This document shows, one piece after another, positions 1 through 10,076 of a stretch of 64,000 bases of DNA (the first letter of the stretch is position 1; the number at the start of each line of letters is the position of its first letter). The translations under genes were made by a program, and so were the position numbers. The stretch is from Clostridiaceae bacterium (GTDB lineage Bacteria; Bacillota; Clostridia; Saccharofermentanales; UBA5734), in NCBI GenBank assembly GCA_034927345.1, contig JAYFQE010000016.1, forward strand, positions 41,472-105,471, given 5' to 3'. Below the pieces are notes generated by a model, which was given only the letters and a program-made list of their open reading frames with translations, made no database searches and was not told where the DNA came from.

Positions 1-1
1 T

Positions 2-376
2 TGTGCAGAGCCTATTGTAAGGGCTTTTATTGATGACCCGCTGACAGTGGAATATGGTCAGCGTTTCCAGCGTATTATCTGTATCACCGGCCCGTGCATA
101 TCTGTGACAATGATGATCATCACGCTGTTCCAATCAGTCGGCCAAAAAATGAAACCCCTGATTCTGTCTCTGTTGCGTAAAGGCGGGCTGGATATTCCGT
201 TTATGTTTATCATGAACGCCATCCTGGGTGTCAACGGCATTGTATGGGCTACGCCTATTGCCGATTTTAATGCGATGTTGGCGGCAATCATCCTGTTTAT
301 TCCATTTTGGAAAAAGATGAAAGCTGTACAGGCGAATTCATCCGGAGTTTTTGTTAAAGAAACAGCCGGATGCTAA
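2..376 (+). CDS. MATE-family efflux transporter, C-terminal part (5' end outside window)
   Basis: Frame open from base 2; MATE C-terminal pattern FQSVGQ..PLILSLLRK..GIVWATPIAD. Confidence 0.8.
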   Translation, partial: CAEPIVRAFIDDPLTVEYGQRFQRIICITGPCISVTMMIITLFQSVGQKMKPLILSLLRKGGLDIPFMFIMNAILGVNGIVWATPIADFNAMLAAIILFIPFWKKMKAVQANSSGVFVKETAGC

Positions 377-406
377 TGAATTTGAGTTTAAGAGAGGAGA
401 ACCGAT

Positions 407-970
407 ATGAAGAAATCAATTCCTGTTTCCAATGATTTTTGCCCACAAACGATGTTTCTTTATGGGACCTATAAAGAGGATAAAACGCCGAATTTCGGTT
501 TATTCTGCTGGTTCTCGTATTGCTGGGATGCCGAACTGGGCGTGATGGCCTGTATAGGCGGAGACAAGCTGACAAAACAACGCATTTCAGCCACAAAGGT
601 GTTTTCTGCTAACCTTGTCACTGAAGAAATACTAGCCGCAGCCGATTATTTAGGCAACAAGGAAGGTTTTGACGGTGACAAACAACTCCCGCTTGAAACT
701 GAAAGAGGTCAAATTCTTGATGTGCCCGTTCTTGTAAAAAGTCCGTGGGTATTTGAGCTTGAGGTTGAGCGGTCCATATCACTGGATGACGGCGAGGTAT
801 TGCTGTGCAAAATCCGCAATGTGCTTGCGGATGAAATACTATGCGATACAAGCAAGAGCAACGAAGAACGAATCCAAGCTATTGCGCCGGTTCACACAAC
901 CTGCCAATCCTATTTTGCCTGGAACGGAAAAGCGCTTGGCAAATGGGGCAGTATAAGAAAAAACAATTAA
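407..970 (+). CDS. Flavin reductase-like (FMN split-barrel) protein
   Basis: P..MFLYGT..PN, FSANLV, DYLG..G and P..E motifs; GAGG RBS. Confidence 0.8.
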   Translation: MKKSIPVSNDFCPQTMFLYGTYKEDKTPNFGLFCWFSYCWDAELGVMACIGGDKLTKQRISATKVFSANLVTEEILAAADYLGNKEGFDGDKQLPLETERGQILDVPVLVKSPWVFELEVERSISLDDGEVLLCKIRNVLADEILCDTSKSNEERIQAIAPVHTTCQSYFAWNGKALGKWGSIRKNN

Positions 971-1200
971 GGAATACATGGAACACATGGCGTGTCTTGT
1001 CCCACGTTCTTTTTCCAGAGGGCTTCGCCATCAACCTTATAAAGTCAATACGTTTACTGCTTGCCATGACCTTGAATAGAAATAATCGCCGCCAGATAAA
1101 CAATAGCGACCGCAATTCCACATTCAGGCGATTGTGTTAACAACAGCCCGAGATAAACCAGAACGAGCCCGATAATAAAAATAATAAGACCAAATCCATA

Positions 1201-1333
1201 CAGTATACAGCAGAATTCAAAACCATGGTTGTCCTGGAAGCCCTTCGGAAAGAAGGAACCGTAAATGAGATCGCCGCCCGACATGGCATCAACCCGATCA
1301 TGCTCAGTGGTGGAAGCCCAAAAGAATTCCCTC
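1201..1333 (+). mobile_element. IS3-family transposase OrfA HTH remnant
   Basis: Frame 1 reads QYTAEFKTMVVLEALRKEGTVNEIAARHGINPIMLS, then WK and KEF after frameshifts; no start codon and no OrfB. Confidence 0.75.
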
Positions 1334-1346
1334 ATGTTCATTTCTC

Positions 1347-1931
1347 CTAGATCCGGCCCTCCTCGCGCAGCCAGATTACCTCGTCGAGAATGGTTTCCGC
1401 GAAAGGCCGGGATTGGTAGCCCAGTTCCTGGACCGCCTTGCCGCTGTTGAAGTTGTTGTTGCGCATTAAATTGTAGATAGTGAACTTTGTGAAAATGGTT
1501 GGTTTCCTTAAAATCCTGGCTACTGTCTCAAAGATCGAGGCCATGGCTACAGCCAGGCCTGCCGGCAGGATCGTCGTCACTCTCTTGCAGCCACTGGTCG
1601 CTGCGACTGCGTCGAACAGATCCTGCATGGTGACTGTCCTGTTGCCCATGATGTAGCCCTCGCCCGGGCGGCCTTTTGTGCAGCAGGCAATCACCCCTGC
1701 GCCAAGATCGCGCACATCGGCACTGTTGAAGGTGCCGGCCACGCCCAAGGGGATTTTGCCTTTGATTTTAATCTTGGCAAGCGTGAATTGGAATGTGAAC
1801 ATCCGTCCCTGGTCGTTCTGAAGGTAACCGGTGCTGTACCACCATTCGGAGCATGCCGGATGAGACAAAAACTCCTCATCCATGCTGCCGTGGGGAATGC
1901 CTGGAGAATTTGCGTAGGTGATCATTTTCAT
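1347..1931 (-). pseudogene. Chimeric ORF: CrtC/AttH lipocalin-like N-terminus fused to an NAD-dependent epimerase/dehydratase C-terminus
   Basis: N-term H...EWWYSTGYL....G..FTFQFT; C-term DVRDL..GV..GRPGEGYI..KAVQELGY; Rossmann and YxxxK motifs absent. Confidence 0.7.
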
Positions 1932-2552
1932 GATAATCGCTCCGTAGCTATCTTGAGGTTAATGCGGAGCTTGTCCGACTGCTGACCAACAACAACATCG
2001 ATCCTGATTTCCCGGGAAGACTCTTTAGTCTGCCGCTGGTCCGCCAGATGCTGCATAGTCGCCTGAGCAGCCGCTATGATTCGGAAAGCCTTAATTATGC
2101 CTTCACCTTTGTCACTAGCGGCGGCTACACCTTGATAAAAGAATGGATCAACAAGAGCGGGCGCAAACCTGCGCACGAAATCGTTGCCCTGGTGCTGGCA
2201 CTTGTCGAAAAAGTGTGTTATTAGCTGAATCTGAAAATGAAATATGCAGATCTGTTATTATCAAGCGGAATACCTCTTCGACGATCTGCTCCTTGCTGCC
2301 ATAGACCGGATGTTCGGCACAGATGACAAAATCGGTATTTTCATTCTGATAATGTCTTGGAAATGACAGAGATTCACGAATAACCGGCAATATAACATCG
2401 GCAATTAATCATCGGGGTTATCATCGACGTGACAATTACAGACAAAGCTAATGTATCTCTGGTATAATACGTTCTGTTTTCCTATGTGGTCTTTCGCCGC
2501 ACGATCGATACCGATGACCTGGCCAAAAAGAACAACGGATAAACCGGCGATC

Positions 2553-2594
2553 AAAAAAATAATGGGATGCGGCTTTCACCGTATCCCACTATTC
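2553..2594 (-). terminator. Probable intrinsic terminator of the permease-PRTase operon
   Basis: Stem gtgggatacgg/ccgcatcccat followed by a T run on the minus strand. Confidence 0.55.
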
Positions 2595-2625
2595 AAGCAT
2601 TACCAGGATGTCCAAGCTCCCATGA

Positions 2626-3207
2626 TCAGGCGCGGTCAATGAAGCCCGGCAGGGGAAGATGATCGAGCGAAATCAGAGGAATGCCTTTGTACTCGGTCCG
2701 CTTTTCACCTTCGGTCAGCACGCAGGCGATAACGGAAATCTCGAAGCCGATTTCCTTCGCCATGGCCAGAACGGCGTCAATAGTACCGCCGGTCGATACG
2801 ACATCATCGATAAAACAGAGTTTTTTGCCCTGGAACTGCTCGTATTTTTCTTTGCCGATCCAGAGTTCCTGCTGGTCTTCCGTTGTGATGGACTTTACGA
2901 CGACGTGCTTGGGATCCTTCATGAAGCCTTTGGGGCTCTTGCGAAGCTCGAGATAGCTCTTGTATGAGCTGGCGACCATCTGTGTCAGTCCGGACGATTT
3001 GGTCTGCACGGTGACAAACGAGTAGAAATCATATTCTGCCAATTTCAACGTCAATTGTTTGGCAGCTTCCCGGTTCCATTCGGCTTCACCGGTCATATCA
3101 AATGAATAGATATAGAACTCGTTGCCAAGATCCGTGAGTGCCAGCGAGATCTCATATTCAGGACCAAGATGGAGCTTTAGTATTTCGGGCCATTGGTTTT
3201 TCATCAC
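2626..3207 (-). CDS. Type I phosphoribosyltransferase (adenine/xanthine PRT-like)
   Basis: PRPP-binding motif FIDDVVSTGGT; LRK and SITT motifs; AGGAG RBS. Confidence 0.85.
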   Translation of the reverse strand: MMKNQWPEILKLHLGPEYEISLALTDLGNEFYIYSFDMTGEAEWNREAAKQLTLKLAEYDFYSFVTVQTKSSGLTQMVASSYKSYLELRKSPKGFMKDPKHVVVKSITTEDQQELWIGKEKYEQFQGKKLCFIDDVVSTGGTIDAVLAMAKEIGFEISVIACVLTEGEKRTEYKGIPLISLDHLPLPGFIDRA

Positions 3208-3216
3208 ATTTCCTCC

Positions 3217-4362
3217 TTAGCCCAGTCCGACATACGCGCCAAGATAGCGGACAGTCACGCCGACCAGCATGCCGAGGAAAGGGTTTTTGGACCATGCCGT
3301 CACGCCGAGGGCTATGTAGCCGCTCATGGGCTGGTCTGATTGGGACACCGTGCTGAGATTTGGCGCGAAGGTCAGTGCGAAGCCAATGACCAGCAGGAAT
3401 CCGGCAATACTCTGCGAGGGCAGATATTTGCCCAGCCGGCCAACTAGACCGACAAGCACCATGATACCAATAACGAACATGAAGACGATGCCGCAGAGGA
3501 CGGGCCAGGGCGCGCCCGCGGTACCGGAGATGATCGCTTCGATTGGCGGGCCGCCAAAGATGGCGCTGGGGACATCAGCCAGGGAATTGATGATCGACAA
3601 ATAGTCAAAATTCTGTTTCATGCCGGCGATGCTGGCCGTAATGCCGCCGAAGGAGATGTTGGCGCCGATATTCAGCATCATCAGGCTGAGCGCACCCAGG
3701 ATAACCGTCAGGTTGATCGTTGGCTTGATGACCTTGAAGTCCTGCCAATATTCTTTTTTCCAGAAGCGCCATTCGTTGCTCATCTGCAACTGGTCGCGGC
3801 CTTCTTCAATCACGGCCGACAGTTCAACGCGCCTCTTCTGCAGGAACAGATAGTCGGCGGTGGATACCACGACCGAGATGAAGATCGTCAAAACAACCTT
3901 GTTGGGATTGTTGAGGAAGATTGCATATGCCGCGATGGCCGTCACGATCGAGATGAGCGTGGTCCGTCTTTCCTGACCGAACATGTCCCATGCGACACCG
4001 GCAAGAATCAGGCCGACACCGCTCATCATGCCGGATAAAATAGTTACACCGGCAAAATCGGCGATTTTAGTCACGCCGCCGAAGAGACCCAGCGTTACCA
4101 TAAGTACTGCGGCCAGCAGAATGGAGCTGGTGTTGTTTTGGAGATTTTTTTTGATACTCGCCACGGTGATCGTCTCGGCCTGTGCCGAGATCGGTGTTAC
4201 CGAGCCGGTGAACATGTTGCCAAACGCGCCCACGAGATAGGCAAATCCGGCTGGCTTTAACGCAAAGCCCCGGGCTTCGGCGTACAGCAGCTGTGGAATA
4301 CCGTTGATAATGACGGCAATGACTGCCAGAATGAATGGACCGATGTCGTTGAAGAAATCCAT
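3217..4362 (-). CDS. Nucleobase (xanthine/uracil/NCS2-like) permease
   Basis: Multi-TM protein upstream of a PRTase; start moved to MDFF at 4362 (AGGGGG RBS). Confidence 0.7.
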   Translation of the reverse strand: MDFFNDIGPFILAVIAVIINGIPQLLYAEARGFALKPAGFAYLVGAFGNMFTGSVTPISAQAETITVASIKKNLQNNTSSILLAAVLMVTLGLFGGVTKIADFAGVTILSGMMSGVGLILAGVAWDMFGQERRTTLISIVTAIAAYAIFLNNPNKVVLTIFISVVVSTADYLFLQKRRVELSAVIEEGRDQLQMSNEWRFWKKEYWQDFKVIKPTINLTVILGALSLMMLNIGANISFGGITASIAGMKQNFDYLSIINSLADVPSAIFGGPPIEAIISGTAGAPWPVLCGIVFMFVIGIMVLVGLVGRLGKYLPSQSIAGFLLVIGFALTFAPNLSTVSQSDQPMSGYIALGVTAWSKNPFLGMLVGVTVRYLGAYVGLG

Positions 4363-4392
4363 TATGTATACCCCCCTACCTATAATGTTAAT

Positions 4393-4421
4393 AATATATA
4401 CGATATGCAATTTTGTGGCAA
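4393..4421 (-). promoter_or_regulatory. Sigma-A-like promoter of the permease operon
   Basis: TTGCCA-17 nt-TATATT on the minus strand. Confidence 0.5.
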
Positions 4422-4735
4422 GCTACTGGATTAGAAAAAAGCTGTCATATAATGAGAAAAATCGGGCGCCGGGTTTAGCGGCTTTCCGCCCGGCCGGTTT
4501 ACGTATCGTACAGCCTTATGGTGTATAATAAATATATTATAACTGTATTGACTGTAAGGTAATCAATCTCTGGAACCAGAAATGGTGGAATGCGTCTGAA
4601 GCGGCTTCCTGGAAATTGAACGCCCATACCGCGCATCTGGACTACCCCCAGAAGACGGCGAAGCTTGCCAGTTCGTTGAATATTGGCATTCATTTGGCAT
4701 TCGGCCAGGCCAGGCAGGCAAGAATTCACTTACAT

Positions 4736-5436
4736 CCTAGATTCCCGAATCATGTAACGAGGGCGGGGCGACCCCCATCAACGAGAACAGTTCGGTTTGC
4801 TTTTGGGTCATCTCGCCCCATCTACTGTCCTTACCTTTCTGATCAAAGTACGCTATGACATCCAACTCATCCAGCAGCCCCTGCAAAGTATATTGCTTGA
4901 AAAGGTCGGCATCCTACATCTTTTTCTTGATATAGGAGAGGAAGATCAATGCGATAAATTCCACTTTTTGATATCATTGCTGACCAAGGCGAAATAGCCA
5001 TAATTCTTTTTTGCCTCATCAATACTGTTAAAATAAAGATGCAGGTACAACCGCCGATCCTGCCTGATCTGGTCGCCTTTGTTCGGCCGGATCTTGTCCA
5101 ACTCTTTTTTGACATAGGTCAGATTCAGCTTGGTTGCCAGAATGAATTTCAAATGATCCCGATACAGGGCGTTGACGTTATCCTCGCTGTAGAAGCCTCG
5201 GTCCATGACCAGCTTGATCTTCTGACAACCCAGATATTTCAGATCCGCCAGCAGGTTTTGGATCGTTTTGACATCCGGGATATTGCCGGCCAGTTTGCGA
5301 TAGTAAAAGGGTAGTCCTGATCTCATTATTTTATTATAACATGTAACAATACCTGGTGAAAGTAAAATATAGCTCAGATGGCTGCCATTAATGGGTTTGA
5401 CGGTTAAATTGTCGTTACATTTATCGGGAATCTAGG
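4736..5436 (-). mobile_element. Internally deleted IS1634-family element with intact terminal inverted repeats
   Basis: 25-bp imperfect TIRs CCTAGATTCCCGA(atc/taa)ATGTAACGA at 4736-4760 and 5412-5436; transposase fragments GNIPDV, VMDRGFYSEDN, YGYFALVSN, YIKKKM*..TLQGLLDELDVI. Confidence 0.85.
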
Positions 5437-5515
5437 TTGTAAATATGTCAATATATTTTGCATGTCAAGTATAGCCTGTTTCCGTAAATTTTTCTTAATA
5501 TTTTATAAGTTGAAA

Positions 5516-6307
5516 TCAGCAGCTGTGCTGCTTCCGGTAATCGTAAGGGGAACGGCCTGTTTCTTCGCGGAACAGCTTGCCGAAATAACTGGCGCTGTTA
5601 TAGCCGCACATGCGCCCTACCTCTTCGATGGAACAAGAGGTGTACCGTAAAAATTGCTTTGCCTTGGCAATCCGGATTTGCTTCAATTGTTCCATAACCG
5701 TGACGCCTTGATTCTGCATGAAATACCGGCAGAGAGAGTATCGGTCCATATGGACCTGTCTGCCGATTTCCGCCAAGGTGACCGGTTCGGTAAAATGATC
5801 TTCCAGATATTGCTGTACGGTTGTCGTCGGCTGGGCCGCCGGCGCAAATTCTTCATTCAGCCATTCGGTCAGCCAGTTATAGCCGGCGGCAGAACGGGAT
5901 ACAACCGTGCTGCCGCCCGTACACAGCCGGTTCAGTTCCGCGGTGGAAGAGGCAAGCAGCGGTGAGACCCGGAAGAAAAATGAATCTTTTATTTGATAAT
6001 AATCCAGCACCCCTTCTCCGCCCAGAAAAGTGACCCAAAGAGAAGAGAATTCCTGCCCGGTGCGTTCATAACTGTGGGGAACATCCCGCCGGCAGAATAA
6101 GCCTTCTCCCCGCAAAAGAACTCTGGTTTGACCGGCAGCATGAAACAATGCCTCTCCTTTAGTTACCCAGATGACATGATGATAGGTAAAGCCGTTGGGC
6201 CGGTTGATCATGCCCTGCTTCGGGCTTCTTCCGATAGAACAGACAACAAAGGGCAGGCGGCAGGGGATGTCCGTACTCAGGTATTCTTGATTGATTTCGG
6301 CAAACAT
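5516..6307 (-). CDS. AraC-family transcriptional regulator
   Basis: N-terminal cupin domain; C-terminal HTH with CGYNSASYFGKLFREETGRSP. Confidence 0.9.
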   Translation of the reverse strand: MFAEINQEYLSTDIPCRLPFVVCSIGRSPKQGMINRPNGFTYHHVIWVTKGEALFHAAGQTRVLLRGEGLFCRRDVPHSYERTGQEFSSLWVTFLGGEGVLDYYQIKDSFFFRVSPLLASSTAELNRLCTGGSTVVSRSAAGYNWLTEWLNEEFAPAAQPTTTVQQYLEDHFTEPVTLAEIGRQVHMDRYSLCRYFMQNQGVTVMEQLKQIRIAKAKQFLRYTSCSIEEVGRMCGYNSASYFGKLFREETGRSPYDYRKQHSC

Positions 6308-6427
6308 GATCAACATCCTTATAGTTTTTCAATATATTGTCATTGATTATGAGATTTTACATCAATATAATTATATCCAAGCGCGGGGAAAAGTAAACCC
6401 GATCATCGCAGAAAGGCTGGATATCTT

Positions 6428-7426
6428 ATGGAGAGAATTCGATTGGGACTTATTGGCTGCGGCGGAAGAGCCGGAGCTCATATGCATTCTTTTGAGCAGA
6501 TGGAGGATATTGAAGTCGCCGCAGTGGCGGATCCGGTGGAAGAACGGCGCTTGGCAGCCGCCAAACAATTCGGATGCACCCGTATTTACAAAGATCACCG
6601 GGAATTATATGCGAATGAGGACAAATCCTCTCTGGACGCGGTCATTATTTGTATCGAGCCTACTGCTCATGACGGCGTGGAAGAAACAGCAATCGATAAG
6701 GGACTGCCTTTTATTGTTGAAAAACCGATGACCGTCGACGTGGCACAGGCTGAGGCAATTGCCCGGCGCGTGGAAGAAAAAAAGTTGATTACCTCCGTCG
6801 GTTTTCAGGATCGCTATCTGGACTTGATGGAAATCATCAAGGCGGAGCTGCCTAAGCATAAGGCCGGCGGCCTGGTATATGGCGCATGGGTCGGGGGAAT
6901 CCCCGGTGTTTGGTGGTGGCAGAAGAAATCTACCTGCGGTGGGCAGCTGGTCGAACAGAACATCCATCTGCTGGACGGTCTGCGTTATCTTTACGGAGAG
7001 CCTCTTTCGGTTTACGCCACATGCTCCCGCGGGATCGTAAAACCCGGCGTGGACGCTTCTCCGGAATACGACACCGATGATCATTCCACCGCCGTGATCC
7101 GTTTTGCCAATCAGGTGACAGCTACGCTGGTCAGCGGTTGTTATTCCAAGAATGTCAGTTCCAACAGCGGGCTTGTTATCACCTTGGACGATATGGTGAT
7201 CGACTATCGTCTGCGCAACAATTTGATTCTGCGCACCGCCGTTGAAACCCGCGATGTGAAGCGTCAGGTTGATCAGACTTACTTGCTGGACCGCGCGTTC
7301 ATCGACGCGGTTAAAACGGGTGATCCGTCCGGAATCCGTTCTCCTTACAACGACGCGCTCAAAACCCTGAAACTGGGATTCGCGGCCAATCGATCGATGG
7401 AAAACGGACAGGTCATTTATTTCTGA
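6428..7426 (+). CDS. Gfo/Idh/MocA-family oxidoreductase
   Basis: GLIGCGG, EKPM, GFQDRY and GGQLVEQNIHLLD motifs. Confidence 0.9.
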   Translation: MERIRLGLIGCGGRAGAHMHSFEQMEDIEVAAVADPVEERRLAAAKQFGCTRIYKDHRELYANEDKSSLDAVIICIEPTAHDGVEETAIDKGLPFIVEKPMTVDVAQAEAIARRVEEKKLITSVGFQDRYLDLMEIIKAELPKHKAGGLVYGAWVGGIPGVWWWQKKSTCGGQLVEQNIHLLDGLRYLYGEPLSVYATCSRGIVKPGVDASPEYDTDDHSTAVIRFANQVTATLVSGCYSKNVSSNSGLVITLDDMVIDYRLRNNLILRTAVETRDVKRQVDQTYLLDRAFIDAVKTGDPSGIRSPYNDALKTLKLGFAANRSMENGQVIYF

Positions 7427-7456
7427 CGACAGTTTATCATGAAAGGATGAATATCC

Positions 7457-8212
7457 ATGAGGCTTTGCGTTCCGATTCCTTGCTTTTTTCATAATACGGA
7501 CTTTGTATCCGCTATTTACAAGGTAAAAGACCTTGGATTTAACGCCATCGAAACATATGACTGGAAGAGCCTTGATTTGGAGGCTGTTAAGAACGCCTGC
7601 GCGGAAACCGGCGTGGAACTGCTGAGTATGTGCACGACCGAATTCCGAATGACCGATCCGGCATTCCGCAGCCAATGGCTGGCAGGTTTGCGGGAGAGCT
7701 GCGCCGCGGCGAATAAGGCCGGCGCCAAACGGTTGATAACCCAAGTGGGTCAGGATATCGGAGCGCCCCGTGCTCAGCAGCACGAGAGCATCGCGGCGGC
7801 GCTGCACGCAGCAAAACCCATTCTGGAAGATAGCGGCGTCACAATTATGATTGAACCGCTTAATACCTTGGTCGACCATCGGGGTTATTATCTCTGGTCT
7901 GCGGTGGAAGGTTTTGAGATTGTCCGTGAAGTCGGTCATCCTTTGGTTAAGGTGGTCTATGATATTTATCATCAGCAGGTGATGGAAGGCAACCTGATTC
8001 CCAATATCACCAAAAATCTGGACTGTATCGCCCACCTGCACAGCGCCGGACATCCCGGACGGCATGAACTGCAATATGGCGAAAGCGATTATCAGGTCAT
8101 TTTTGCAGCGGTGGACAAGGCCGGTTATACCGGAGCCTGCGGATTGGAATATGGTCCGCTGCTGCCCCCGGAAGAAAGCCTTCGGGAAGCCAAGCGACTA
8201 TATGGCGGCTGA
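7457..8212 (+). CDS. Hydroxypyruvate isomerase / sugar-phosphate isomerase-epimerase (TIM barrel)
   Basis: IEPLN..DH.GY, YDIYHQQ..EG, PGRHE and GLEY motifs. Confidence 0.85.
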   Translation: MRLCVPIPCFFHNTDFVSAIYKVKDLGFNAIETYDWKSLDLEAVKNACAETGVELLSMCTTEFRMTDPAFRSQWLAGLRESCAAANKAGAKRLITQVGQDIGAPRAQQHESIAAALHAAKPILEDSGVTIMIEPLNTLVDHRGYYLWSAVEGFEIVREVGHPLVKVVYDIYHQQVMEGNLIPNITKNLDCIAHLHSAGHPGRHELQYGESDYQVIFAAVDKAGYTGACGLEYGPLLPPEESLREAKRLYGG

Positions 8213-8310
8213 TACGTTATCGTTTCTCAATAGGGCATAACGTAGGGCTTATCGAAATTAATGATCAATCTGCCTTATCCGTCATTTGTCATATGGTAAA
8301 ATCACCCATT

Positions 8311-8346
8311 AAGAAGTCGATTTTTATGATCGACTTCTTTTATTTT
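8311..8346 (+). terminator. Intrinsic terminator
   Basis: aagaagtcgat-7 nt-atcgacttctt followed by ttatttt. Confidence 0.65.
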
Positions 8347-8466
8347 ATGGTAAAATAAAAAATAGAATTGATCCCTGACCTTTTATTCAATATCTTAATA
8401 AATCATTAATGTATACGGTGACAGCGCGCGGATGGTTTTATTGTATCGAAGGAGGGACATGCAAAC

Positions 8467-9455
8467 ATGACAATACCTTTTTTTGATTCAAATCCGGAAA
8501 TTGTAAATGAATTAAGGGCGATGGATCATAACACTAAAGAATATAGGAAATTGATGCAAAAGGTTCTTCTTGATATCGGAGGGCCGGTGATTTTAATCAA
8601 AACTTTGAAAACAACCGATGGAGGAATGGATTTACGGAAAAGCTATCTCCGCAATATGATTATCACAGGCGTGTTTTTACTGTCTTTATTTATCTGGATT
8701 GCCGTCACGGTGGCATTGACCGGGGGAAGAGATATCGGTCAATTCAACGAATCTGATAAGGCAATATTTATTATTTTTATTGCCGCTGAGCTTGGCAGCG
8801 TTATAATGGCGATATTTTTTCTTTTCGTTGTAAGCGCTTGCTGCTGCAGAGTGTATCCTTCTTAATTGACAACTATCGGCATGACGAAAACAATGCCGGA
8901 AATTATACGCTGAGTCAATATCAATTGAAACAATTTAGAGTCAATAAAACGACGATTACCGTGGCAACGATCATCATTGTTATTGTTGCTTTCCGATTCA
9001 GTGCTTTAAGCAAAAACTGGTTTGCCGATCAGACGGCTTCAAAACCGCAGGAATTTTCCAAAGCCGGCATGACGATTACGCTGACGCAGGATTTTGCGGA
9101 GAAGGAAGTGGTTTCACAGACTGCGGCCTATATTTCCTCGCAGTATATCGTCGTGAGCATGAAGGAAGAAACTCAACTTCTCGAGCAAAACGATGTCGCC
9201 GCAGATATTTCTCTGAGAGAATATGCCGAGTGCATCATCGCTAATAACGAGCTGGATACGACTATCGAGGGCATTGAAAGCCAGCCGTATTTTATTTATA
9301 GCCAACACCTGAACGGAAAAGATATTTCATATCTGGCGGTGATGTTTAAAGGAAGCGATGCTTATTGGGTGGTCACTTTCGCATGCGAAACCCAATACTT
9401 CGCATCATCTCGGGAACAGTTCATGAAATGGGCAGATACTGTAAAGATATCATAG
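8467..9455 (+). pseudogene. Membrane protein split by a frameshift at a T6 run (ORFs 8467-8865 and 8838-9455)
   Basis: One extra T at 8815-8820 joins the frames as MAIFFSFRCKRLLLQSV; the second ORF has no RBS. Confidence 0.6.
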
Positions 9456-9497
9456 TATAATATGAACAGGATTGACGATTAGAATGAAGGTCGGAAT

Positions 9498-10028
9498 ATG
9501 TATTTGACTTATCAAAACATAACGATCAGAAACGCTGAAGCCGGCGATGCCGGACAATTGGCTGCGTGGTGGAATGATGGAACGATTATGGCTCACGCCG
9601 GTTTCCCCAACGGAATCGGCGAAAAAACCGAAGATATTGCGGATAGTTTGAAAAATGACACCGATGGCGTGTCCAGACGCTTAATGATCGAGCTGGACGG
9701 CATACCGGCAGGGGAAATGAATTATCGCAATAAAGGTTCAGGTACTGCTGAAATAGGTATAAAAATCTGCGACTTTACAAAGCAAAATAAGGGATTGGGG
9801 AAAATAGTGCTCAGCATGCTCATATCTTCATTATTTTCAGAAATGGGTTATAAGAAAATTATTCTCGATACGAATCTGAATAATACAAGGGCCCAGCATG
9901 TTTATGAGCAGCTTGGTTTCAAAAGAATCAAGATAAATAAAGATTCATGGAAAAACCAGATCGGTGAGTTGCAGTCGTCGGTAGATTATGAAATGTACCG
10001 GAAGGATTTTATCAACTATGCCATATAA
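9498..10028 (+). CDS. GNAT acetyltransferase (RimL-like)
   Basis: EIGIKI..QNKGLG..N.RAQHVYEQLGF. Confidence 0.85.
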   Translation: MYLTYQNITIRNAEAGDAGQLAAWWNDGTIMAHAGFPNGIGEKTEDIADSLKNDTDGVSRRLMIELDGIPAGEMNYRNKGSGTAEIGIKICDFTKQNKGLGKIVLSMLISSLFSEMGYKKIILDTNLNNTRAQHVYEQLGFKRIKINKDSWKNQIGELQSSVDYEMYRKDFINYAI

Positions 10029-10076
10029 TCGCGAATACGGGCGGTTATGGGCGGACGCAGGCAGGAGGACGCAGAT

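Noticed and set aside
2475..2525. Loose similarity to a fluoride riboswitch (UUCGCC..GAUGACC)
   Set aside because: The 5' GGCGAUG strand is missing and no plus-strand gene follows.
6605..8074. 489-aa antisense ORF
   Set aside because: It shadows two well-supported plus-strand genes that share a frame, and has no recognisable motifs or RBS.
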